Below, one piece after another: positions 1-7,351 of a stretch of DNA of 64,000 nt; position 1 is the stretch's first letter, and every line of letters starts with the position of its first letter. The notes beneath the pieces are model-generated. The model was not told where the DNA came from. It did not search any database and saw only the letters and a program-made list of their open reading frames with translations. Made by a program: the position numbers and the translations under genes. Source of the stretch: a candidate division FCPU426 bacterium (lineage in GTDB: Bacteria; Oederibacteriota; Muellerivitia; Muellerivitales; Muellerivitaceae); contig CAVYSE010000006.1 in the NCBI GenBank assembly GCA_963771075.1, positions 1 through 64,000 on the forward strand, given 5' to 3'.

Positions 1-1
1 A

Positions 2-235
2 GAGGCATTTGCTGGGAATGTGGGTAGTGCAGCCGCTGCTGCTTTAGGTGGACATATTGGGATTTTACCAAGTTTAATTGCGGGACTATTAACCAATCCA
101 AGTTTAAGTATTCCTTCTAATTCAGATACAGCATCTTCATCACCTGATATTTCATACGACCCTAACAATGATGTTCAGTGGGTTACTGACCATTCTTCAG
201 ATCCCAATAATGATATTTCGTGGATTACTGATTGA
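2..235 (+). CDS. 3' end of a gene entering the window; probable C-terminal (toxin) tip of an Rhs/polymorphic toxin
   Basis: Frame is open from base 2 (EAFAGNVGSAAAAALGGHIGILPSLIAG...) to TGA 233-235. It has a Gly/Ala-rich hydrophobic segment, is AT-rich, and is followed by a small membrane gene and an Rhs core fragment. The toxin call comes from context. Confidence 0.4.
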   Translation, partial: EAFAGNVGSAAAAALGGHIGILPSLIAGLLTNPSLSIPSNSDTASSSPDISYDPNNDVQWVTDHSSDPNNDISWITD

Positions 236-278
236 GAGATGTACGCTGGTAAAGCTTTCTTTTTTTAGGAGAATAAAA

Positions 279-638
279 ATGGTCGCTTTTGTCGTATTGG
301 GATTAGTGGGAGGGGGGCTCATAGCGGCCTTGATGGCTATTTATCTAAGATATGCTTTTATAAATTTATCAAAATACGATGGCGGTGTTTGGGCTTTTGG
401 ACATTTGTTTTCTGTTGTTGGTATTTTATTTATTTATATCCCGCTTTCGAGTTTTTGTGTTCATACGATTTTAAAACAAGATTCTAATAAGCTTTTGTCT
501 GATCTTCGCCTTTTTTGGGTAGTGCCTTGGATAGTAACAACGCTGTTTTGGATGGTTAAAATCGCCAAGAAAAAAGAAGAATTGCGAAAAAAAGAACCGC
601 CCAAGCCGGAAGGTCCGAAAAAGATAAAATGGATTTAA
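279..638 (+). CDS. Small multi-pass membrane protein, putative immunity protein
   Basis: AGGAGA RBS before ATG 279; about 3 hydrophobic segments and a Lys-rich tail; AT-rich; lies directly after the putative toxin tip. Confidence 0.55.
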   Translation: MVAFVVLGLVGGGLIAALMAIYLRYAFINLSKYDGGVWAFGHLFSVVGILFIYIPLSSFCVHTILKQDSNKLLSDLRLFWVVPWIVTTLFWMVKIAKKKEELRKKEPPKPEGPKKIKWI

Positions 639-707
639 GAATTGAACGATCTGATAAGCGACCGCCGATGCAGGTAGTGGCGACGGCCCCAAAACGGGGC
701 GACGACC

Positions 708-1322
708 GTGGTAACCGTCAATTGCCCAAACAATCAGCTAGTGAATTTTGATCCCAACGGCAACACCGCATCCGATACCGCCTTCAATTACTTGAGCGAC
801 GGAGAGAACCGCCTAGCTGTGATCAACATGCCTGGTGGATCCCCGACAGGTTCTGCCGACACGGTGGCGTTCCAGTACGACGGACGGGGAAGAAGGGTAG
901 GGATCACAGCCCTGAACGCAGGGGGTCCGGTGACCAGTGTGGGCCAGCTTTCGAGTGCCGCCACCGTCGCTTCCTACACCTACGTATGGGCGGGGAACCG
1001 TATCTCGGAGATGAGGGACTCAACGGGCACCCAGGTCTTGAAGAGGTTCTACAGCCAGGGGGAACAGCAGGTCAACGGGACCCAATCCACCCCTTACTAC
1101 TACACCAAAGACCACCTGGGAAGCGTTCGAGAGGTCACAGACTCAACCGGAACCGTGCAAGCCCAGTTCGATTACGACCCCTACGGCAGGCAAAGGCAGA
1201 TCCAGGGGACTTTCCAACCCACCTTCGGGTACACTGGGCAATTCCAGGAGACCACCACAGGGCTTAACCTGCACATGGCTGTCGCAAAAAGGATGGTGTG
1301 CAACACTAGCTGTCGAAATTAA
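708..1322 (+). pseudogene. Orphan Rhs repeat-associated core fragment, truncated
   Basis: YD-type repeats (FQYDGRGRR) and core motif YYYTKDHLGSVREVTDSTG...YDPYGR...FGYTGQ. It breaks off after TTTGLNL, before the conserved RxYDP...DPxG end of the core. Confidence 0.85.
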
Positions 1323-1347
1323 GGTTTTTAAGAATGAGAGAAAAAAT

Positions 1348-1503
1348 ATGGTACCGAAGAAATCAACTATAAAATTTCAAACCCTTGATTGGTCGCGGAA
1401 TTTTTGGTTGTTCACGTTAGAGGTAATTTTGCTCGGTTCGTTTTTTGTAATTCCCCAATCCCTTAGTGCTCAGATGTATAAGGGGTCAGTCATCAATTAT
1501 TAA
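1348..1503 (+). pseudogene. Short ORF consisting mostly of a signal peptide, apparently truncated by the left end of the RAYT element
   Basis: MVPKKSTIKFQTLDWSRNFWLFTLEVILLGSFFVIPQSLSA|QMY, then it reads into the inverted repeat (1482) and stops at TAA 1501-1503. Below the ORF-track cutoff. Confidence 0.4.
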
Positions 1504-1505
1504 TA

Positions 1506-1534
1506 TTTACAAGTTGGAGGCAATCGGTTAGCTT
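1506..1534 (+). promoter_or_regulatory. Possible sigma70-type promoter of the transposase at the inner edge of the left inverted repeat
   Basis: TTTACA-17 bp-TAGCTT, ending 9 bp before ATG 1544 (near-leaderless transcript). Confidence 0.35.
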
Positions 1535-1543
1535 GTCGGGGCT

Positions 1544-2485
1544 ATGAGAAAACCTAGACTTCTTTATCTCGGCGGCTTGTACCACGTGATTGCCAGGGGT
1601 AATCAACGTCAAAAAACATTTTTGGCCAAGGTTGATTTTCTTAAATATCTGGAACTATTAGGCGAGCATTTGAAAACGCGTGAAATAAGGCTTTATGCCT
1701 ATTGCCTGATGCCCAACCATGTTCATCTGTTGGTAGAACAAGCCGGTGATTATCCCTTGTCCCGGTATATGCATCGGCTCCAAACGGCTTATACCCAATT
1801 CTTCAACCGGACCCATAAGAAAATAGGCCATCTTTTTCAGGGTCGGTACAAGGCCATATTGGTGGACAAGGATTCATATCTGTTGGAATTGGTTCGATAC
1901 ATTGGGTTGAATCCGTTCAGGGCGAAATTGGAGGAGAAGCCGGGAATATATCCCTGGACCAGCCACCAACAATATTTGGGCCGAGAGAATAAGCCATTGG
2001 CGAAAGTGGAAGTTGAACCAGTTTTGGCTCTTTTCAGCAAAAGGAAGAAAGAAGCCCAAAAGGCCTATTTGAGGTTCGTAAAGGAAGGCATGGGGGAAGG
2101 CCATCGGGAGGATTTGTATGATGTCCGGCAGGGACATATTTTAGGGGACCAGGAATTCGAACAAAAAGCGCATCAAAAGGCCCAACGTCCGCTGTCAGGT
2201 GCGAGTTTGAAGGTGAAGAAAACATTACCTGAAATATGGAAAGTACTTTTGAAACGGGAAGGGCATAGTGAAGATCCGACAGGCCATCGCCGAAGCCGTT
2301 TAATGGAAGAAGCGGCCTATCTAGCGTTTGAGGGGTGTGGGATAAGCCAAAGAGAGATAGGGGTATATTTTGGGAAAAATCAAAGCGCAGTCAGCCAGGC
2401 CATTAGGCGTTTGGAGATGAAGTGGAAAGAACAGCCCGGGGAAAAGGAGAAGTGGTTTCGATGGGCGCGACATTTAGAATATTAA
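1544..2485 (+). CDS. REP-associated-type tyrosine (Y1 HUH) transposase with C-terminal HTH domain
   Basis: YHVIARGN, HUH motif YCLMPNHVHLL, GHLFQGRYKA, catalytic-Tyr region RYIGLNP, YPWTS; C-terminal HTH-like segment ISQREIGVYFGKNQSAVSQAIRR. Confidence 0.92.
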   Translation: MRKPRLLYLGGLYHVIARGNQRQKTFLAKVDFLKYLELLGEHLKTREIRLYAYCLMPNHVHLLVEQAGDYPLSRYMHRLQTAYTQFFNRTHKKIGHLFQGRYKAILVDKDSYLLELVRYIGLNPFRAKLEEKPGIYPWTSHQQYLGRENKPLAKVEVEPVLALFSKRKKEAQKAYLRFVKEGMGEGHREDLYDVRQGHILGDQEFEQKAHQKAQRPLSGASLKVKKTLPEIWKVLLKREGHSEDPTGHRRSRLMEEAAYLAFEGCGISQREIGVYFGKNQSAVSQAIRRLEMKWKEQPGEKEKWFRWARHLEY

Positions 2486-2792
2486 TATATGATGACTGAC
2501 CCCGTTCATGAAGATCCGACAGGCCATCGCCGAAGCCGTTTAATGGAAGAAGCGGCCTATCTAGCGTTTGAGGGGTGTGGGATAAGCCAAAGAGAGATAG
2601 GGGTATATTTTGGGAAAAATCAAAGCGCTGTCAGCCAGGCCATTAGGCGTTTGGAGATGAAGTGGAAAGAACAGCCCGGGGAAAAGGAGAAGTGGTTTCG
2701 ATGGGCGCGACACTTAGAATATTAATAAATGATGACTGACCCCGTTCTCTTAGAATATTAATAAATGATGACTGACCCCGTTCACCCCGTTC
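2269..2792 (+). repeat. Nested tandem duplications of the element's right end (periods 240, 36 and 9 bp)
   Basis: 2269-2507 is repeated at 2509-2747 with 3 substitutions; CTTAGAATATTAATAAATGATGACTGACCCCGTTC is repeated at 2749-2783; ACCCCGTTC is repeated at 2784-2792. All copies end in CCCCGTTC. Confidence 0.95.
2489..2725 (+). pseudogene. Duplicated C-terminal HTH portion of the transposase, forming an intact 78-aa mini-ORF
   Basis: EDPTGHRR...RHLEY is identical to the transposase C-terminus; the start ATGATG is supplied by the inverted repeat. Confidence 0.7.
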
Positions 2793-2893
2793 ACTACGCT
2801 TTTGCCTGGACATTCTTTTTCATAGGTGACCCCTATTCCAATGTCAGAGACAGGTTTCCACCGCACCAGTTCCTGTGTGGAACTGGTACAACT

Positions 2894-2916
2894 GCCCATG
2901 TCCAACCGAGTGGAAG
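2894..2916 (+). repeat. 23-bp direct repeat, left of the AbiE cassette
   Basis: GCCCATGTCCAACCGAGTGGAAG; 22/23 identical to 4909-4931. Confidence 0.85.
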
Positions 2917-2942
2917 TCCACAAGGTTAGAAATATTAAAAAA

Positions 2943-3033
2943 TGTGTACATAAACTACACATAATCATATAAAAATAAACTATTTATGAAAAATAGTTAA
3001 TATTAGTGCTAAAATGTGTAGTATGACTACACA
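2943..3033. promoter_or_regulatory. Two palindromic operators (TGTGTA-N7-TACACA), probable AbiEi autorepression sites
   Basis: TGTGTACATAAACTACACA (2943-2961) and the perfect 8-bp-arm TGTGTAGT-ATG-ACTACACA (3015-3033), which overlaps the probable start codon. Confidence 0.65.
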
Positions 3034-3811
3034 AAATAAAAGCAAAATAAACAAAATAATCACAGAATGGCCCCCGCATGGGGGCATGGTCACTCAAAAG
3101 TGGCTAACCGAGAAGGGCGTTAGCAGGTTTTTAGCCCGGGAATATGTAAAAGGCGGCTGGCTAAAGTCTGCCGGGGGAGGCGCCTTTTACAAAATCGAAG
3201 GAAGAGCCGAACCTTCTTGGGAGAGCGGACTCTACACCCTCCAACACCTGCTTGATCTGCCTATCCATGCCGGGGGTGAAACCGCCTTGGTGAGGCAGGG
3301 TTATGGCCATACCGCACAAATGAATTCCTTATTTCATCCCGTTTATCTCTTTGGCCCCCAGGGAATAAAGCCGCCGTCATGGTTCCTCAAATTCAATTGG
3401 ACCGATAAGATCCAATACCAAACTACGGATTTTATCCCCTATAAAAAAGAATTCGGCTTAACCGAGGACGAAAAGACCGGCATCACCCTCTCCTCCCCCG
3501 AACGTGCCATGCTCGAAACCCTGTTGTTAATGCCCCAACACACCACCTTTGAGGGCGCGGCCCATTTTATGGAAGGTCTTTCCACATTAAGACCCGACTT
3601 GGTTATGACACTCTTAAAAGCCTGCCAATCTTTTAAAGTGAAGCGGTGTTTCCTATATATGGCGGAGCAAGCCAATCACGCTTGGTTTAAAGAACTAAGC
3701 CTTTCCAAAGTGAAATTAGGCAAAGGCAAAAGGGTTGTGGTGCCAGGCGGCACCTTCGATTCCAAATACCAAATCACTGTTCCTGCCAAGTCTTCGGTGA
3801 ACGTTCCATGA
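3023..3811 (+). CDS. abiEi: Type IV toxin-antitoxin antitoxin, AbiEi family
   Basis: N-terminal KINKIITEWP..WL..GVS...YVKGGWL; SSPERAMLE; EGLSTLRPDL..LL..C.SFKVKR; overlaps the AbiEii start (ATGA). Alternative start 3014. Confidence 0.9.
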   Translation: MTTQNKSKINKIITEWPPHGGMVTQKWLTEKGVSRFLAREYVKGGWLKSAGGGAFYKIEGRAEPSWESGLYTLQHLLDLPIHAGGETALVRQGYGHTAQMNSLFHPVYLFGPQGIKPPSWFLKFNWTDKIQYQTTDFIPYKKEFGLTEDEKTGITLSSPERAMLETLLLMPQHTTFEGAAHFMEGLSTLRPDLVMTLLKACQSFKVKRCFLYMAEQANHAWFKELSLSKVKLGKGKRVVVPGGTFDSKYQITVPAKSSVNVP

Positions 3812-4725
3812 AAGATACCGGTTACTTCAAACAAGCAAAGCTTCTATTACAGGTGCTTCCTTTCTTTGAAAAGTCAGGCAACTTTGCCCTCAAAGGTGGA
3901 ACGGCCATCAATCTTTTCATGCGGGATATGCCAAGGTTTTCTGTCGATATTGACCTTACCTACCTTCCTCTCAATCCGCGTGAAGAAACCTTAACGGATA
4001 TATCCAGGTCCCTTAAGGACGTAGCCGCCCAGGTTAGGCGGGTTTTAGGCGCCAAGGTGGATGAGCAAACTCTCAAAGGCACGGACACCACCGTCAAAAT
4101 GACCGTTCGGCAGGCGGAAGCCACGATCAAGGTGGAGCCCAATTTGGTTTTAAGGGGGACCATTTATCCGCCAGTCCAAGCGAAGCTTTGTAAGAGAGCC
4201 GAAAAAGAATTTGAATTATCAATTACGACCAAAGTTCTATCGATAGCCGACATTTACGGCGGAAAGATATGCGCGGCCCTGGACCGGCAACACCCCAGGG
4301 ATTTTTTCGACGTTAAGCTTCTTTTGGAAAACGAGGGTTTAACCGATGAGGTTCGTCGGGCTTTCGTGGTCTATCTCGCGAGTCATGACCGGCCGATGAA
4401 CGAACTTCTTAAACCCAAATGGAAGGACATAAAATCCGTTTTCGAAAAGGAGTTCAAAGGCATGACCCTTGAACCGGTGGATTTGAAGGATTTGTTGGCG
4501 GCCAGGGACGAAATCTTCCGTTCCATTCATAAGGATCTGCAAGATAACGAGAAAAAGTTTTTGCTGTCACTCAAGGACGGAGAACCGGACTGGACCCTTT
4601 TGGACTTGCCGAACATCGAACGTTTGCCGGGTTTGCGGTGGAAGCTAGGAAATATCCGCCAAATGAGCGCCCAAAAGCGGCAGGAACAATCGGATCTATT
4701 AAGAAAAGCTTTAAACTGGAAATGA
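3808..4725 (+). CDS. abiEii: AbiEii/AbiGii-family nucleotidyltransferase toxin
   Basis: FALKGGTAINLF..PRFSVDIDL and GKICAALDRQHPRDFFD motifs. Confidence 0.93.
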   Translation: MKDTGYFKQAKLLLQVLPFFEKSGNFALKGGTAINLFMRDMPRFSVDIDLTYLPLNPREETLTDISRSLKDVAAQVRRVLGAKVDEQTLKGTDTTVKMTVRQAEATIKVEPNLVLRGTIYPPVQAKLCKRAEKEFELSITTKVLSIADIYGGKICAALDRQHPRDFFDVKLLLENEGLTDEVRRAFVVYLASHDRPMNELLKPKWKDIKSVFEKEFKGMTLEPVDLKDLLAARDEIFRSIHKDLQDNEKKFLLSLKDGEPDWTLLDLPNIERLPGLRWKLGNIRQMSAQKRQEQSDLLRKALNWK

Positions 4726-4908
4726 AATGCCGGGGAAAGCCTCCCCCCTGTGAAGGGGGGCGCTATAGCCAACCCGCTTCGCGGGACGCTATAGGACAAG
4801 CTGAAAAATAAATTTTAACCCAACCCATACCAAATTATCGATTCCCTGAATATAAATTATCCCCGTTTCAGGCTCTATTAACCCAAACCCTATTTCAGGG
4901 GTGAAACC

Positions 4909-4931
4909 GCCCATGCCCAACCGAGTGGAAG
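4909..4931 (+). repeat. 23-bp direct repeat, right of the AbiE cassette
   Basis: GCCCATGCCCAACCGAGTGGAAG; 22/23 identical to 2894-2916. Confidence 0.85.
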
Positions 4932-5242
4932 CCTGCCGCATCCTGTTGACGCAAGAACCGAGGAGGGAAAGGTAGAGGCGAAAAGAAAGCTTAGAAAAGC
5001 CCCCGTCCAAACGCGGCCCGCTGCGCACCCGCCCCCAAATCATTGATATCGCCCACCGTGGAGATGCTTGACCCCTAACGGATGGCTATTGCGGATCGAC
5101 CAAATTTCATCCGACTTTTTAATTTTTAATCTTAAACCAGACAAAAAATGTGCAGAAAAATAATTTAAAAATTAATTAATTGACGGTGAAACGGATTCTC
5201 CAATAAAGTTCCCGAAACCATCCGGCAAACGAAAGGAAAAAA

Positions 5243-6031
5243 ATGATCGAAAAATCGAAAGGCCCCAAAAACCGCAGCATCAAAGGTTACGGCTGGATTC
5301 CGGATTTGCCCGACCACCGGGACCACCTTTACGCCGCGCCTCCGGTTTACTTGACCTCCCTGCCGGCCAAGATGGACCTGCGGAGCGAATGTCCGGGAGT
5401 TTACAACCAGGGACAGTTGGGAAGCTGTACCGCCAATGCCATCGCGGGCGCCATCGAGTTTGACCAGATGAAGCAAAAGCTGCCCAAGATTTTCGTCCCC
5501 TCGCGGCTCTTCATTTACTACAACGAGCGCGCCATCGAAGGCACGACCAGCCAGGACAGCGGCGCGCAGATCCGCGACGGCCTCAAGAGCGTGGGCCAAC
5601 AAGGGGACTGCCCTGAAACCGAATGGCCCTACGTTATTTCCAAGTTCGCCGTGAAGCCGCCCGCCAGCTGCTACAAGAACGCCATCCCATACCGCGCCCT
5701 GACCTACCAAAAGGTGGCGCAAAACCTGAACCAGATGAAGGGCTGCCTGGCCTCGGGCTACCCCTTCGTTTTCGGGTTCACGGTCTATGAAAGTTTCGAG
5801 AGCCCGCAGGTGGCGAAAAACGGAATCGTCCCCATGCCCACGCCCAACGAGCAGACGTTGGGGGGCCATGCGGTGATGGCCGCCGGTTACGACGATTCCA
5901 AACAAATGTTCATCGTGCGAAATTCCTGGGGGGCGGGTTGGGGCCTGAAGGGTTATTTCATGATGCCCTACGCCTACCTGACCCAGTCGGGACTTTCCAG
6001 CGACTACTGGACCATCCGTGTCGTGGCTTAA
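5243..6031 (+). CDS. Papain-like C1 family cysteine peptidase (xylellain-like)
   Basis: QGQLGSCTANA (catalytic Cys), GGHAV (His), VRNSWG (Asn), SRLFIYYNER, N-terminal YGWIPDLPD; no signal peptide. Confidence 0.93.
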   Translation: MIEKSKGPKNRSIKGYGWIPDLPDHRDHLYAAPPVYLTSLPAKMDLRSECPGVYNQGQLGSCTANAIAGAIEFDQMKQKLPKIFVPSRLFIYYNERAIEGTTSQDSGAQIRDGLKSVGQQGDCPETEWPYVISKFAVKPPASCYKNAIPYRALTYQKVAQNLNQMKGCLASGYPFVFGFTVYESFESPQVAKNGIVPMPTPNEQTLGGHAVMAAGYDDSKQMFIVRNSWGAGWGLKGYFMMPYAYLTQSGLSSDYWTIRVVA

Positions 6032-6075
6032 GGCGGGTTTGAAATCCGGAAACCAAACCTATCAAGGGGGACAAA

Positions 6076-7149
6076 ATGAAAGACTTTAATGCCAATCAAA
6101 AGTTCATCCGGCACCTATTCGAATTCGACCAGGAGAATCCGAAAACTTATTCCAAGACCACCGCGCCGGAACTGATGATCCGGGCTTCCCAGCTCAAGCC
6201 CGTGCCGTTTCCCAAGGCCCTGGCGCCCACGCCCAAACCCGCCCGCCGCAAGCCGGGCGTGAACGACGCGCTTCCGAAATGCGATTTCCTGGCCGTCACA
6301 TGGACGGTGGCCGAGGCGCGGGCCCTGTCCGACATTCTGACGCCGGGCTACGCGTGCAAAACCGACTGGTACGACTACAAGCACAATTTCGCCAGCTTCC
6401 TGCCCAAGCTGGGTCCCATGGCGCCCGCCCGCCAAAGCAAAAGGCTGGGCAGTTATTTCGTGACGAACATCGGGACCAAGAGCGTGCTTTGCATGAAGTC
6501 TGAACTGCACATGGCCCGGGATGGGAAACAGATGCCCGTTTTGGATCTTTGGAACCAGCTGATCAACGAGGTCGACCCCCAACTGGTCATCAGCACGGGG
6601 ACGGCGGGGGGAGTGGGGTCGGACGTGGTCCTGGGCGATGTGGTGGTCACCAACCAGGTACGGTTCGACTGCCTGAAGACCTTCAAAAACCAGCCCTACA
6701 GCCAGGAGCTTTTCACCTCCTCCGCCACGATGATCACCAAGGAATATCGGGAAATGCTGGAAAACAAGCTTTTCCCGGCCAACGCCGACCGGCTGGGTCC
6801 CGAAAAGCGCGGGCCTGTGCTGATCGACCCCAAGCACCCGCTGAAGGAAAAACCGGTCGTCGTCACCACCGATTTTTTCGCCTTCGACGATTCGGAAAAC
6901 ACATTCGGGCTCCAGCAATTGGGCTCGGCGGTGGAAATGGGGGACGCCGTATTGGGGCTTGCCGCCAAGAACCGAGCCCACTGCCCCCCCTGGCTGATCG
7001 TGCGCAACGCTTCGGATCCGCAGATTCCAAAGGGTGCCACTTTGGAAGCGGAGGAAACCCAAGCGGGGAAGATTTACGAAACCTACGGCTACTGGACCAC
7101 GGTGGACAGTGCCATCGCGACCTGGGCGGCGATCGCGTCTAATCTTTAG
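6076..7149 (+). CDS. Nucleoside phosphorylase/MTA-SAH nucleosidase-fold protein with N-terminal extension
   Basis: LVISTGTAGG..LGDVVV, AVEMGDA and IVRNASD resemble PNP_UDP_1 superfamily motifs; about 65-aa N-terminal extension ending in a Pro-rich linker. Confidence 0.7.
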   Translation: MKDFNANQKFIRHLFEFDQENPKTYSKTTAPELMIRASQLKPVPFPKALAPTPKPARRKPGVNDALPKCDFLAVTWTVAEARALSDILTPGYACKTDWYDYKHNFASFLPKLGPMAPARQSKRLGSYFVTNIGTKSVLCMKSELHMARDGKQMPVLDLWNQLINEVDPQLVISTGTAGGVGSDVVLGDVVVTNQVRFDCLKTFKNQPYSQELFTSSATMITKEYREMLENKLFPANADRLGPEKRGPVLIDPKHPLKEKPVVVTTDFFAFDDSENTFGLQQLGSAVEMGDAVLGLAAKNRAHCPPWLIVRNASDPQIPKGATLEAEETQAGKIYETYGYWTTVDSAIATWAAIASNL

Positions 7150-7351
7150 CCGCTGTCGGGAATAGGGGCCTGGGTCGGATTCCATCCCTGTCATATAGTT
7201 GATAAGGACAACAAAATATTTTCAAAATACCTCAATTGGAAGCCCCCCCAAGATATTTTTCCAGTAACCAATCGCTGGGGCCGTTCGTCCTAAAGTCACC
7301 CGATTCACGGACGATCGTGGATCAGGAAATCCATGACTTACGGAGGGTTGC

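Larger units (their letters stand above)
1482..2503 (+). mobile_element. RAYT-like Y1 transposase element with 26-bp terminal inverted repeats
   Basis: Left repeat GGGGTCAGTCATCAATTATTAATATT (1482-1507) is the reverse complement, with 2 mismatches, of AATATTAATATATGATGACTGACCCC (2478-2503). The transposase fills the interval and its stop codon lies inside the right repeat. Confidence 0.8.

Noticed and set aside
168..278. Extended N-terminus of the membrane ORF (start 168)
   Set aside because: Overlaps the upstream frame; the strong RBS supports ATG 279.
2478..2792. CRISPR array (repeated ~30-bp AT-rich unit)
   Set aside because: Spacing is irregular (240, 36, 9 bp), the 'spacer' is a copy of the transposase end, and no cas genes are present.
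2750..5240. Integron attC sites or tRNA integration site around the AbiE cassette
   Set aside because: No convincing paired RYYYAAC/GTTRRRY boxes, no integron integrase and no tRNA-like sequence seen.
5165..7194. Long minus-strand ORFs (5165-5905, 6115-7194)
   Set aside because: Antisense shadows of the protease and phosphorylase-fold genes caused by codon bias.
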